Positions 1 through 12,010 of a stretch of 64,000 nucleotides of DNA are shown in pieces (the first letter of the stretch is position 1; every line of letters begins with the position of its first letter). Where the stretch lies: contig NC_058382.1 in NCBI RefSeq assembly GCF_018350175.1, positions 1,302,001 through 1,366,000 on the forward strand. Reading direction: 5' to 3'. The stretch comes from Felis catus (lineage: Eukaryota). The notes beneath the pieces were generated by a model. That model saw nothing but the letters and a program-made list of their open reading frames with translations. It was not told the origin of the DNA and did no database searches. The position numbers were made by a program, and so were the translations under genes.

Positions 1-470
1 TGCAATAACATGGATGAAACTTGAGGGCATTATGTTAAGTAAAATAAGTCAGACATAGAAAGACAAATGCCTCATGATCTCACTTATACGTGTAACCTAA
101 CAGAGCTGAACTCACAGAAACAATAGAATGGTGGTTGCCACAAACTGAGAGGTGAGGGAAGGGGGCGGGTGTTGGCCAGAGTACAAACTTCCAGTTTTAA
201 GGTGAATGAGTTCTGGGGACCCCATGTACAGTATGGTGACTTTAGTTAACAATACTATATTACATACCTGAATGTTGTTAAGAGAGTAGACCTTAAATGT
301 TCTCACCACACATACACCCAAAAAAAGGTAATTATGTGAGGTAATGGAGGTGTTAATTAATGCTATTTTGTTCATCATGTTGCAATATATAATGTATCAA
401 ATCATCACATTGTACGCTTTAAAATTACATGTTATATGTCAATTAAATCTCAATAAAGCTGGAAAAATAT
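1..470 (+). mobile_element. Old L1 3' end (L1MA/MB-like)
   Basis: catggatgaaacttgagggcattatgttaagtaaaataagtcag...ctcaataaagctggaaaaa is typical L1 3'UTR. Confidence 0.8.
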
Positions 471-514
471 GAAGGGAAGTAAGAGAGAAGTGTAGGAGTA
501 GGAGGGTGTGAGTC

Positions 515-948
515 TTTTTTTTTTTTAATATTTATTTATTTATGTATTTTGAGAGAGAGAACATGAACAGGGGAGGGGCAGAGAATGGAGGAGACAGAAT
601 CCAAAGCAGGCTCCGTGCTGCTGGCCTGAAGCCCAATGTGGGGGTCAATTTTACAAAACATGAGACCATGACCTGGGCCGAAATCAAGAGTCAGATGCTC
701 AACCAACTGAGCCATCCAGGTACCCCTAGGATGTGAATCTTTTTTTTTTTTTTAACATTTTATTTTTATTTTCTGAGAGACAGAGAGAGACAGAGCACAA
801 GCAGGGGAGGGGCAGGGAGAGAGAGGGAGAGACAGAATCTGAAGCAGGCTCCAGGCTCTGAGCTGTTAGCACAGAGCCAACCTACGGATGTGAGATTATG
901 ACCTGAGCCAAAGTCGGTGTTCAACTGACTGAGCCACCCAGGCGCCCC
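515..948 (-). mobile_element. Two tandem CAN-SINEs
   Basis: Two antisense tRNA-derived SINEs, 515-728 and 741-948, flanked by TGA(A/G)TCTT repeats. Confidence 0.9.
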
Positions 949-1401
949 TAGGTACAGTATGAATCTTCTTAAAGAGCACAGAAACTTTCTCTTTCCCTTG
1001 CCTGCATCTTTTCTGTACGTTTCAAATTGCATCAAAATTAAAAGTTAGAAATGCCAATCCATGCAAATGGTCTTTTCAGCAAGAAAGAGAAGTAGCACAC
1101 AAAAGTTCAATAGAGGTTTAAATATAATTTAACATAACTGACCTCACCATAAAGAAAATAGCTGGAGGAGCACCTGGGTGGCTACACTAATGCAAGGGAA
1201 AACATTGCACTGAAAGATTTAAAAGGAAGAATCAAACCTGCCCCCTTACCTCTTTAAAATATTTTCTTCCCTAAGAGTCTTACTATGAATATCCTACTTA
1301 ATGTCGCTACCCTTCCTTGACCACTGAACTTTTCATCACCCATGCTCTGCTCTTTTCCATTTTCCATAGAACACAATGACCTATAATAAATTAAAGAATT
1401 T

Positions 1402-1880
1402 AGGGGCGCCTGGATAGCTCAGTCAGTTAAGCATCTGACTTTGGCTCAGGTCATGATCTCATGGTTTGCGGGTTCAAGCCCTGCATGGGGCTCTGTGCTG
1501 ATGGCTCAGAGCCTGAAGCCTGCTTTGGATTCTATGTCTCCCACTCACTCTCACTGCCCCTCCCCCAGTTGTATGTTGTCTCTCTCTCAAAAATAAATAA
1601 ACATTAAAAATTAAAAAAAAAAAGAATTTAAAAGCTTGGTTTATTTAATGTTGTTTCTCTAAAAGAAATTAGTTTCTGGGGTGCCTGGGTGGCTCGGTCG
1701 GTTAAGCATCTGACTCTTGGTTTTGGCTCAGGTCATGATCTCATGGTCCGTGAGTTCAAGTCACATGTGGGGTTCCATTCCGTGCTGACAGTGCAAAGCC
1801 TGCTTGAGATTCTCTCTCTCCCTCTCTCTGCCCCTCCCCCCACTCGTGCTATCTCTCTCAAAATAAATGAATTAAAAACA
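1402..1880 (+). mobile_element. Two CAN-SINEs (1402-1622, 1678-1880)
   Basis: GGGGCGCCTGG head, (CT)n, AATAAA/poly-A; TSDs aaagaattta and aaagaa.ttagtttctg. Confidence 0.9.
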
Positions 1881-2049
1881 CTTTTTAAAGAAGTTAGTTT
1901 CTGTGTTTTGTACAATGATGGTCCAGTGTAGCCACCAAAGTGCCCAACCAACATAAGAACTCTGATAAATATCTTGGAAAACACTTAATGAATGTAACAT
2001 CACAGATTTCTGTTTATTTGAACCACCCAGCTATTTTTTTTTAATCTCT

Positions 2050-2525
2050 ATTCATTTCAGTCAGTACCCACAGTGAGCTCAGGAATGGAAAGGAATCATA
2101 TTTTCAGACAAACTTCCAAAATGATTAATAATCCTGCATAATGAAGTGTTTGGTTTCATTCTCCAACTTAAGAGATCCCAATGTTGTCTGGCCTCCTTAG
2201 TGTTCCTTGAGATTTATTTTTTAAATGTTTCACAATTAAGTTGTTCCTTAGTTATCCCTGAAACTTTTGATAGAAAACTTTGTAATTCAACATTAATTGC
2301 TTTCAGTAATTTGTACAACCTGCAAATGTTTTTCATTGAAAATCTCAACTCCCTGTGCAGGTATTGTCACCAAAATTACTGGTGACACGATAATTACTTT
2401 ACACCATGGAGATGAGATCATGGAGTCCTAAACCTTTATCCTGGGTTCGGATGCTCCTTTCCACCTCTGCACAGATGCTTCCCGAACACCTACTGTTCTG
2501 ATTCCAAATGTTATTTGGGGTAAGT
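2050..2525 (+). promoter_or_regulatory. Putative V1R promoter / non-coding first exon (copy A)
   Basis: Homologous to 51045-51425; ~7.3 kb upstream of V1R ATG 9727; TAATTA; donor GTAAGT at 2520. Confidence 0.6.
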
Positions 2526-2744
2526 GTCTAGTTTTTGTTTTTGTTTTTGTTTTTTTTTAGATAAGTGTGAGATTCATAGGAGAGTTATATCACAAAAAAT
2601 CCAGTAAAAAACACAGATATAAAGTGCACACATGCTCTCTCTTGCTCTATGTTTTATGGGTTGAAACAGAAACATATTTCTGTGTCTAGTGAAAAATGAC
2701 GTTTCCTGAGAACATCTGACACCTACCACCCCCTTGCCCACATT

Positions 2745-2981
2745 CTTTTTTGTTTTAATGTTTATTTATTTATTTTCAGAGAGGGAGAGAGGAAGGGGGG
2801 AGAGAGAGAGGAGGCAGGGAAGGGAAGGGGCAGAGAAAGAGGGAGAGAGAGAGAATCCCAAACAGGTTCTGCAATGTGAGCACATAGTCCCACTAGGGCT
2901 CAAACCCATGAACCATGAGATCATGACCTGAACCAAAATCAAGAGTCAGATGCTTAACTGACTGAGCCACCCAGGCATCCC
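2745..2981 (-). mobile_element. CAN-SINE
   Basis: Antisense SINE with TSD ccca.cttcttt. Confidence 0.85.
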
Positions 2982-3809
2982 GCCTTTACCCACCTTCTTT
3001 ACAGCTACCTGGCATTTCTCCTCTCTCCTCAGTTACAGCTTCTATGAAATCTTTCATTTCTCTCTGAAGATGCTGAACATCATGGGACACGCTCTAAAGA
3101 CTTCACACAGTAGATATGTGCCCAACAGTTAGATAATGACAATGAACTCCAGCCTCTGAGTAGTTGCCTGGGGTCTGCGTGACAGGTGCTAGAACACGAA
3201 TTTACTTGTTAGATTTTCTGGTGAGCCTGTTGTACTAACTGAAGCTGTGATGACAAAGGTTGAAACTTTGTCATCAGAAGAATGTTAATATTTATCTTCT
3301 GTTTACAGAATTAAAAGACCAATCTCATCCCCCAGTTAAGAGAGATTATTATTTGAAGAACACTGTGCCTAATGGTTGTAGGATTTGGGGCTGGAGCAGG
3401 GAGGGAGGAATAATCAGAGACTTCAGTAGTCTTCCAATAGTAGTATTACCCTGCTGTGTAATCCAGCGGATGGTAAAAGTGCCTTGTTAGTCTTCTTCTG
3501 CCGTTAACCTATTGCTCTCTCTACCCTCCAAGATGTATGTTTATCAAACTAAAAAGATAAGAATAAAACAATAAAATAAAATTCTGACTGGAGAACTTGT
3601 TTGACGGGGAAGTTCATGCCCCCTTGCTAAGAGCAGGAGTCACTTAATTTGGATCCTCCCTTTGTTGCCCAACACCCTGTGATTATGGGAATGTCATGAT
3701 CCTTTATTGCCTTTGTACTTCTGAAGTCTTTAAGGGCTGGAATGATCAGTAACCACGGCAGTTTCAGATTTATAGGACTCTCATGTGGGCTTTTAAAAAA
3801 ATGTTTATT

Positions 3810-4035
3810 GGGGCGCCTGGGTGGCGCAGTCGGTTAAGCGTCCGACTTCAGCCAGGTCACAATCTCGCGGTCCGGGAGTTCGAGCCCCGCATCGGGCTCT
3901 GGGCTGATGATGGCTCAGAGCCTGGAGCCTGTTTCCGATTCTGTGTCTCCCTCTCTCTCTGCCCCTCTCCCGTTCATGCTCTGTCTCTCTCTGTCCCAAA
4001 AATAAATAAACGTTGAAAAAAAAATTAAAAAAAAT
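3810..4035 (+). mobile_element. Young felid SINE (SINEC_Fc-type)
   Basis: CpG-rich near-consensus copy; TSD aaaaaaatgtttatt. Confidence 0.93.
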
Positions 4036-4045
4036 GTTTATTTAC

Positions 4046-4048
<3 letters not shown>

Positions 4049-4094
<46 letters not shown>
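4049..4094. repeat. (GA)n microsatellite, SINE-associated
   Basis: Perfect GA run. Confidence 0.95.
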
Positions 4095-4098
<4 letters not shown>

Positions 4099-4271
4099 TC
4101 AAGAGTCGGATGCTTAACAGACCGAGCCGCCCAGGCATCCCCCCTCCCTCGCCCCCAAGTCTTGATTTGGGCTCAGGTCATGAGCTCATCGTTCATGAGA
4201 TCGAGCCCCATGTCAGGCTCTGCACTAACAGCACCAAGACTGCTTGGAATTCTCTCTCTCCCTTGCCTTGT

Positions 4272-4302
<31 letters not shown>

Positions 4303-4920
4303 TAAAATAAACAAACTTTTTTTTAATTATAAAATTTTAAATTTAAAAACTACGAATTTCACCATGAAATTTTTAGGAAATCAATTCATGCATAAATTTC
4401 AGGTGGATTTCCACTCTGACACCCCCTCCCCTGCCCCTTTCCTCCTTCCCAGCCCAGACAGTTAACCCTGCTTCACTTGTGGAGGATCCTTCTAGACCAA
4501 TTTATATTCAGTCACGAAGATCTCTCTTAAGTCACATCTGCTGATTTACGGCTGAGTGAATTCACCTTCTGCATTCTTTTATGAAACATATTAATCAATG
4601 TCCAAGGAATATGATTGATACTTACTAGTGAGGTGTTTCCCTCCTATTCACCCCACGGACTCTCTTATCACTAGTCCATTAGGTTGTTTACCAAGCGTGA
4701 GGTGTCTCCCCCACACTTAAATACAAACTGCTCTATTTCAGTTACTAAAATAGAATTGAAATGTATCTTACACAGCATTTACTTTAATCTCAAATTGCAC
4801 AATCATTCCAGAAAACAAGAGAAAAACCTATATCAGGTAAAATTTTATGTATTCAGTATTCTAAATGATTTTCAAAACATTTTAAATTTGCGGCTGTTTT
4901 GTATCTGTCATGACATGGTG

Positions 4921-5222
4921 TGTCAGGTTCAGCCAGACACAAGAGAGGGCCAGAAAAACAGTTTATTATAGTCACGGGTCCTACAGAGACAGAGTCCGGG
5001 CACACCCCCAGGGGGTCATTGGTGGAAGAGCCAAGGGGGCTGACTCAACCAAGCAGGTGGAGAAGGTGGGAGATGGAAGAGGAAATGGAGGAGGACCTCT
5101 AGGCAAGCGCCTTTATTGAGGGTCAGGGTGGAGTACACAGGAGGCAGTGAAAGGGGATTCCACTGGCGCATCTGAATATCCCGAGGTCACAGTCAGTTAC
5201 ACATTTTAAAATGTGTAACACA
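4921..5222. mobile_element. ERV LTR-like element (family not identified)
   Basis: TG...CA-bounded segment homologous to 31600-31960. Confidence 0.5.
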
Positions 5223-5289
5223 GCAGGCCAATAAGAAAACTCCAAATTGTGTATCTTTTCTGATATGCAATAAAAATGATGCAATTTTT

Positions 5290-5517
5290 GGGGCGCCTGG
5301 GTGGCGCAGTCGGTTAAGCGTCCGACTTCAGCCAGGTCATGATCTCGTGGTCCGTGAGTTCGGGCCCCGCGTCAGGCTCTGGGCTGATGGCTCGGAGCCT
5401 GGAGCCTGTTTCCAATTCTGTGTCTCCCTCTCTCTCTGCCCCTCCCCCGTTCATGCTCTGTCTCTCTCTGTCCCAAAAATAAATAAAAAACGTTGAAAAA
5501 AAAATTAAAAAAAAATG
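5290..5517 (+). mobile_element. Young felid SINE
   Basis: Near-consensus; TSD aaaaatgatgca.ttttt. Confidence 0.93.
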
Positions 5518-5829
5518 ATGCAGTTTTTCTAGAGGAAACCTACCCTAATGAAATTTCAGCAAGAGTATGTGTGCATTTAAAAAGTACAATGTCATTTTTG
5601 GTGTAATTTGTTTTTTTCTGATGTTTATGAGAAAAACACATTTTATAATGTATGCTTTCTTTTCTAAGAGTTGCCTGTTCATTTACATTGCCAAAGAAAC
5701 ACCGAGATTATTATAATTGCTGCTTCTACATATTCAAATGCTTTCTTTGAGTTTCATTTTTCTATTTGTTTGAGGGGTCTTTCAGTAAAAAAACAGTATA
5801 AGTATGAAAACACTTTTAATTATTATCTT

Positions 5830-6243
5830 TTTTTATTTTAGAGACAGCGTGCAGGGGAGAGGCACAGAGGGAGAGAGAGAGAGAATCTTTTTTTTTTTTT
5901 TTTCAACGTTTTCATTTATTTTTGGGACAGAGAGAGACAGAGCATGAACGGGGGGAGGGGCAGAGAGAGAGGGAGACACAGAATCGGAAACAGGCTCCAG
6001 GCTCCGAGCCATCAGCCCAGAGCCTGACGCGGGGCTCGAACTCACGGACTGCGAGATCGTGACCTGGCTGAAGTCGAACGCTTAACCGACTGCGCCACCC
6101 AGGCGCCCGAGAGAGAGAATCTTAAGCAGGCTCCACACTCAGCAAGGAGCCCGATGCAGGGCTCAATCCCACGACCCTGGGATCATGACCTAAGCTGAAA
6201 TTGAGAGTTGGACGTTCAACCAACTGAGCCACCCAGGAGCCCC
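5830..6243 (-). mobile_element. Older CAN-SINE with a nested young SINE (5888-6108)
   Basis: The nested copy is flanked by TSD gagagagagaatctt. Confidence 0.9.
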
Positions 6244-6351
6244 TTAACTATACATAAATACAAATGTGCTACAAATGTTTTAAATCCTCAGTTTTGGTGT
6301 ACGCTTAGTAATACTTGGCTCAGCCAAAATTATGAAAATATACTACTACCA

Positions 6352-6481
6352 GGGGCATCTGGGTGGCTCAGTCGGCTGAGTGCCCAACTCTTGATATCGG
6401 CTCAGGTCATGATCCCACGGTCGTGGGATTGAGCCCTGAGCCAGACTCTGCTCTGATCATGGAGCCTGCTTAAAATTCATT

Positions 6482-6532
<51 letters not shown>

Positions 6533-7210
6533 CCTCTGCCTGTCTCCCCCACTCACACACTCCCTCTCTTTAAAAAATATTTTAAAAAATAAATAAATAA
6601 ATTCAAAAAGAGAACATATTTTTAGCTAAGAGATTAGACATTTCTTAGGTTTAGATCCAGTATTTATTTATTTTCTTAAGATTAAAGCTCAAAAAATATA
6701 CCTGTGATGTCTTAACTAAGTCTCCAAATATTTTACTACCATATATTAAAAAACTCATTTCTCCGAAATAATTCAGCATTAACTTTTATCATATATAAAC
6801 TTCTATAAATTTATCTCATAAATACCTGCAAACATAGATAATTTGTAATCTCCTTATTCTATTCCATATTTGGTTTTTGCCATTAGTAACCCATAGTTAT
6901 TATTTACTTTATATACAGTAAGGAAAGTTCTTTTCATTAAACATTTAAAATTTTGCATACGTTTGATGTTAATAGAGAAAATTTTGAAATGTTAACATTT
7001 TTGGGGCACCTGGGAGGCTCAGTCAGTTAAACATTCAGCTTCAGCTCAGGTCATGATCTCATGGTTCATGGGTTCAAGTTCCGTATTGGGCTCTGTGCTG
7101 ACAGCTAAGAGCCTGGAGCCTACTTTGGATTCTGTGTCTCCCTCTCTCTCTCTCTCTCTGCCCCTCCCGTCTCTCTCTCTCTCTCAAAAATAAATAAATA
7201 TTAAAAAAAG
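6352..7210 (+). mobile_element. Two CAN-SINEs (6352-6600, 7003-7210)
   Basis: SINE heads and tails; the second has TSD gaaatgttaacatttt. Confidence 0.85.
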
Positions 7211-8636
7211 AGAAATGTTAACATTTTCATTGGAATTTTATTCAGTAACATACTTCTTAGTGTGAATTTTATTGTTAACATTGCAAAAATTTCCATCTAG
7301 GATGATGGTTTTCTTTGTTGTTATTCAAAATGAACCGTATGACTTAAGTACAGTTTCTGGTTTTCAATCAATGTTCCCCTCATATTAGTTTATTTTAATG
7401 TTGTTTTCCAAAATTCCACTAGTCTTTCACTATTCACTGACACCTTGGAAAAGGCTATTGCCTAAAAAGGAAAATTTAAACTGTCTTGATTTGAGACTAT
7501 TCTAAATTATGTGATTTATCCTAATAACAATTCCAATGTTTCTCAAGTGTATAACCATCTCAGTTTTCAATCATGGAACTTGAAACCTATCTTACAGCTA
7601 TTGCTCCTTAATCCATGCCAGGAAGATCGTGACTCCGTAAATTGCTGTCCAGCAGGCTGGCTTTGTGTCTTCGCAATCTGAAGAAGTCTTCATACTTCAT
7701 CAACCAAGACTGAAACATCAGTGACTCTGGAAGAAGGGACTGTCCTCATGAGGAAGTCTCTCCTCAAATGTCGTTGAATTTATTTTTTACTATTTAATTT
7801 CGTATCTCTGAATCTTTTCCCATGATGAAATATTTTTATCTGACATCCACAAGTCTTATCCAAACAGGCCATTTTTTGTGTGTGCCTCCACAGACATTTC
7901 TTAATGCAAAACGCAGGCTGTTCAGCTAATGCAGGAGTAATGGTTGATAGTCACCCTTTACCAGTTTTCAGAATAATTAGTTGTTTCCCTAACATCTTCC
8001 GGCATTAACTTTTGCATTACTTGTCTATATATGCCTTTGGTTTATCTATGTCAATCCTTTCAAGTTACCATTGCACCAAAGTGGGGCAGTGACAGCTTCT
8101 TCAGGACAGACCTTGCCACCTCCCAAAGTAACCCTCAGCACTGATGGTTTCCTCTATTCCCTTGCCAAGCAAGCAGTTTTGGGATGATCTTTGGAGGTTC
8201 CTGCCCTAGATCTGGAATATGTCAGTTTTTTTCTTTTTTCCTAAACCACACTGCTTCTTATACGGAAAAACTGTATTAGGTGTCCATAAACTGGGCACTA
8301 GAATTAGGCACTGTCGTGAAGTTGTCTATAATTTCTAGATTTTTTTCAATGAAAAGAAAAATGAAATACATGCAAGTTAAAACCAATACTATAGGAGTTG
8401 GTATTATTTCTGTCAAATGTAGGCTTTAGACTTTTACTCAGAGTCTTTGGTTTCATATGTGCATTTGTTTTGTCTTACAGGGAAAGATTTATTTCCCATT
8501 TATACGAATATGTTTGTTCCCAAAATACCATACAAATACATTATAGTAAAATATGTAGACAAAAGTTAAGATTTGGGCAGATAGTTTTGCCTCCATTTAT
8601 CCCCATTCAGGATATACACTCAAAATTCTAATTTTC

Positions 8637-8850
8637 GGGGCGCGTGGGTGGCGCAGTCGGTTAAGCGTCCAACTTCAGCCAGGTCACGATCTCGCGGTCT
8701 GTGAATTCGAGCCCCGCGTTGGGCTCTGGGCTGATGGCTCAGAGCCTGGAGCCTGTTTCTGATTCTGTGTCTCCCTCTCTCTCTGCCCTTCCCCCGTTCA
8801 TGCTCTGTCTCTCTCTGTCCCAAAAATAAAAATAAACGTTGAAAAAAAAA
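8637..8850 (+). mobile_element. Young felid SINE
   Basis: TSD aaaattctaattttc. Confidence 0.93.
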
Positions 8851-9364
8851 ATTCTAATTTTCAATTCACTTGAAATGTATTTCCCTATTCATATTTCCTT
8901 TACATACAGGGACAGCCACGTGGATAGCCAATCAAATTTTGTAACATTTGAATTTAGTGCTTTTAGAACAATTAATTTAACATTATTTAATAATTATGTG
9001 AAATATGTACATTTGTACATATAAGGCACTATGACAACATTTCTTCCTTACAAGTCTAGCTTTAAAATTAGCCCCATCCTATATATGTTCTGTGTCCATA
9101 TTGTCACTCCTCCACACACTTGGGGAAACCTTAGCATGTTACACACAGTTTTGTACCTTGCTTCTCACTTCAGAATACACACAGTTCGTAACTGCAGATC
9201 AGAGTCTAGAGATCCTCCTCACTCAATTCACAGGTGTGGAAAACTCTGTTGTTCAGATGGGCCATAAATCACTCACCATGTTCCAGTGAACAGACATTTG
9301 TTTCCAAGTGGAACCTTCAGGAATAGACTCTGTACCCATAAGCATACATATATAATGTTTATTT

Positions 9365-9586
9365 TTTTCTTTTAAAAAAAATTTTAATGTTTGTTCATTT
9401 TTGAGAGAGAAAGAGAGGCAAAGCGCCAGCAGGAGAGGGCCAGAGAGGGAGACACAGAATCTGAAGCAGGACCCCGGTTCCGAGCTGTCATCACAGAGCC
9501 AGACGCTGGGCTTGAACTCATGAACCGTGAGATCATGACCTGAGCTGAAGTTGGATGCTTCACCGACTGAGCCACCCAGGCGCCCC
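9365..9586 (-). mobile_element. CAN-SINE just upstream of the V1R ORF
   Basis: Antisense SINE, TSD-like tata.tgtttattt. Confidence 0.9.
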
Positions 9587-9726
9587 TATAGTGTTTATTT
9601 AAATTTAGAAAGAATGTGCTAAACTTAGCGCTGGAGGCTACTGGGTTTGGTGGTAAATATTTCTTTTTGTTTGTCAAACTTCATTCCTCTGGCTGCAACT
9701 AAAACCAATGTTCCATAGATGACGTG

Positions 9727-10644
9727 ATGGCTTCTGTCAAGTGGCAAATCGGGATTACCTTAGTCACTCAGCTGGGAGTGGGAATCCTTGGAAACTTCTC
9801 CCTTCTTTGTCTTTATAACTTCACTCTGCTCACTGGACACAAGGTGAGACCCACAGACGTGATTCTCAATCAACTGGTCTTAGCCAACTCCTTGGTGCTT
9901 TTCTCCAGAGGGATCCCTCATATAATGGCAGCTTTTGGAGCAACATATTTCCTGAATGAGGCTGGATGTAAGTTTTTCTTCTACTTCCACAGAGTAGCCA
10001 GGGGGGTCTGCCTCAGCACCACCTCCCTCCTCAGTGGCTTCCAAGCCGTTAGGCTTCGCCTCAATGTCTCTAGTTCGATACAGCTCAGAAGGAGATCCTC
10101 AAAGTGCATTTACTTGTGCTGTTGCCTTTGCTGGATCCTGCATCTCTTGGTAAGCATCTTTGTTCCTATTAAAATGGCTGGTCCAACACACAGTAAAAAC
10201 CTTAGTGTGAAGATAAATTATGGATACTGCTCCCCATTAAATCCAGACAGATTTTTAAAGTTTATAGTGACAGCCCTATTTTCTACAATTGACCTCGCAT
10301 GTTTGGCCATCATGGTCTGGGCTAGTGGCTCCATGGTTATTTTCCTACACAGGCACAGGCAACAGGTCCAATATATTCACAGCAACAGCCATTCTCCTAG
10401 ACCTTCTCCCGAGGCCAGAGCTACGTACACCATTTTGATCCTTGTGAGCTGCTTTCTCTCTTTTTACTCACTGTCTTCTCTTTTGTCTGTTTGGATGATT
10501 CTATTTGTTATTCCAGGCCAGTGGCTGGTGGATGCCTCTATATTTTTGTCTTTATGTTTCTCAGCATTCAGTCCCTTTGTGCTCATTTTCAGTGATACTC
10601 GTGTCACTGGTAAACTGCAAAACCGGTTCTGTTTTATCGGCTAG
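9727..10644 (+). CDS. Vomeronasal type-1 receptor (V1R), intact single-exon ORF, 305 aa
   Basis: 7-TM ORF with V1R motifs: GILGNFSLL, RPTDVILNQLVLANSLVLFSRGIP, GCKFFFYFHRVARG, LSGFQA, WASGSMV..LHRHRQQVQYIH, SPEARATYTILILV, FSPFVL. First ATG is at 9727 (the ORF track starts at GTG 9724). Possible splice acceptor ttccatAG at 9718. Confidence 0.95.
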   Translation: MASVKWQIGITLVTQLGVGILGNFSLLCLYNFTLLTGHKVRPTDVILNQLVLANSLVLFSRGIPHIMAAFGATYFLNEAGCKFFFYFHRVARGVCLSTTSLLSGFQAVRLRLNVSSSIQLRRRSSKCIYLCCCLCWILHLLVSIFVPIKMAGPTHSKNLSVKINYGYCSPLNPDRFLKFIVTALFSTIDLACLAIMVWASGSMVIFLHRHRQQVQYIHSNSHSPRPSPEARATYTILILVSCFLSFYSLSSLLSVWMILFVIPGQWLVDASIFLSLCFSAFSPFVLIFSDTRVTGKLQNRFCFIG

Positions 10645-11029
10645 GCAAGGTAAACAGCTTTTGCTAATTTGGCTGAGACCATAAGACTCTGTTCTCTACG
10701 GGAAATTCAATCATTCTTTCCATCATCTGCTAATACTTAGGGATCAATAATTTTCAGATTTTTGATAAGAAAGTATTATGCTGTGTAACTGAAACAATTA
10801 GGTCCTAGAACTCATGAACCCTATAATAGGAGCACGTGAATATTATGTAAGTTGTTTACACAAACATTACTCAAATTGTTTTAGCTTCATCCATAGAAAA
10901 ATCCATGAAATTTTGAAATAGTAGAACAGAGGAAAAATTGTGAGTTTGAGGATTTAGACAAAATCTCTCACTTTGCAGGTGTTTTGGTGTATATATAGCA
11001 GTAAATTATATGTAATATAAAGTTTTCCA

Positions 11030-12010
11030 TTTTAATTATTTTCAAGTATACGATTCAGTGGCATTAAGTAAATCTGCAGTGTTCTGTGTCTACTACCATT
11101 ACCACTATCTGTTTCTAGTTCACATATATGTGTGAAAATACAATTTATATACGAAAATAATACAACATATAAAGTTGTGTTAACTTCAAGTACACAACAT
11201 AGTGATTTGACAACTCTATACATTACACAACGCTCACCGTAAGTGCAGCCACCATCTATCACCATGCAGGGTTATTACAATATTATTGACTCTGTTCCCT
11301 ATGCTGTATCTTTGTCCCTGTGGCTTATTTATTTTATAGCTGGACATGTGAAACTTAAAAAAAAAAAATCAAACCAAACAGAAAATATGTACCCACTGAC
11401 CAAAATTTCCCATTTCCCTCTCTACCTAGGCCCTGCTAACCTCTAACCTATGTTCAGTCTCTATGAGCTTGACTATTCTGGGTATTTCCTATGAATGGAA
11501 TCATAATATTTATCTTTTTGGGTCTGGCTTTAATCACTTAGCATAATGTTTTCAAGTTTCACCCATCTTGTTGTATGTATCAGAACTTCATTCCTTTTTG
11601 TGGCTGAATAATATTCCATTGTATAAAATACCACATTTTTAAAATCCTTTCCTGTGTTAACAGATACTTGGATTGTTTCCACCTTTTGGATATCATGAAG
11701 AGTGCTGCTATGACCATTGGTGTACAAGTGTTTGTTTGAGTCCTGCTTTCCATTCTTTGGGTTGGATACTAGGAGTGTTAAATGCTAGGCCCAATGGTAT
11801 TTCCACATTCAAGTTTTTGAGGAGCAGCTAAACTGGTTTTCACATTGTTCAATCTCACACTGCACTATTTTACATTCCCATCAGCAACAGATGAGGGCTC
11901 CAATTTCTCCAATTTTTCTAAGGCTTTGTCAATACGATTTCTGCCCCACGGCCATCCTGGTAGATGTGGAGTGATATCTCATCATGGTTTTGGATAAAAT
12001 TTCCCTAATG
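11030..12010 (-). mobile_element. L1 3' fragments (old L1M plus carnivore L1 3' end)
   Basis: The reverse strand gives the L1 ORF2 C-terminal remnant MEYYSATKRNEVLIHTTRW, followed by 3'UTR. Confidence 0.75.

Noticed and set aside
3783-4016. Recurring ORFs such as GAPGWRSRLSVRLQPGH and GAWVAQSVK, and tRNA-like A/B boxes
   Set aside because: These are translations of tRNA-derived CAN-SINEs, not genes or tRNAs.
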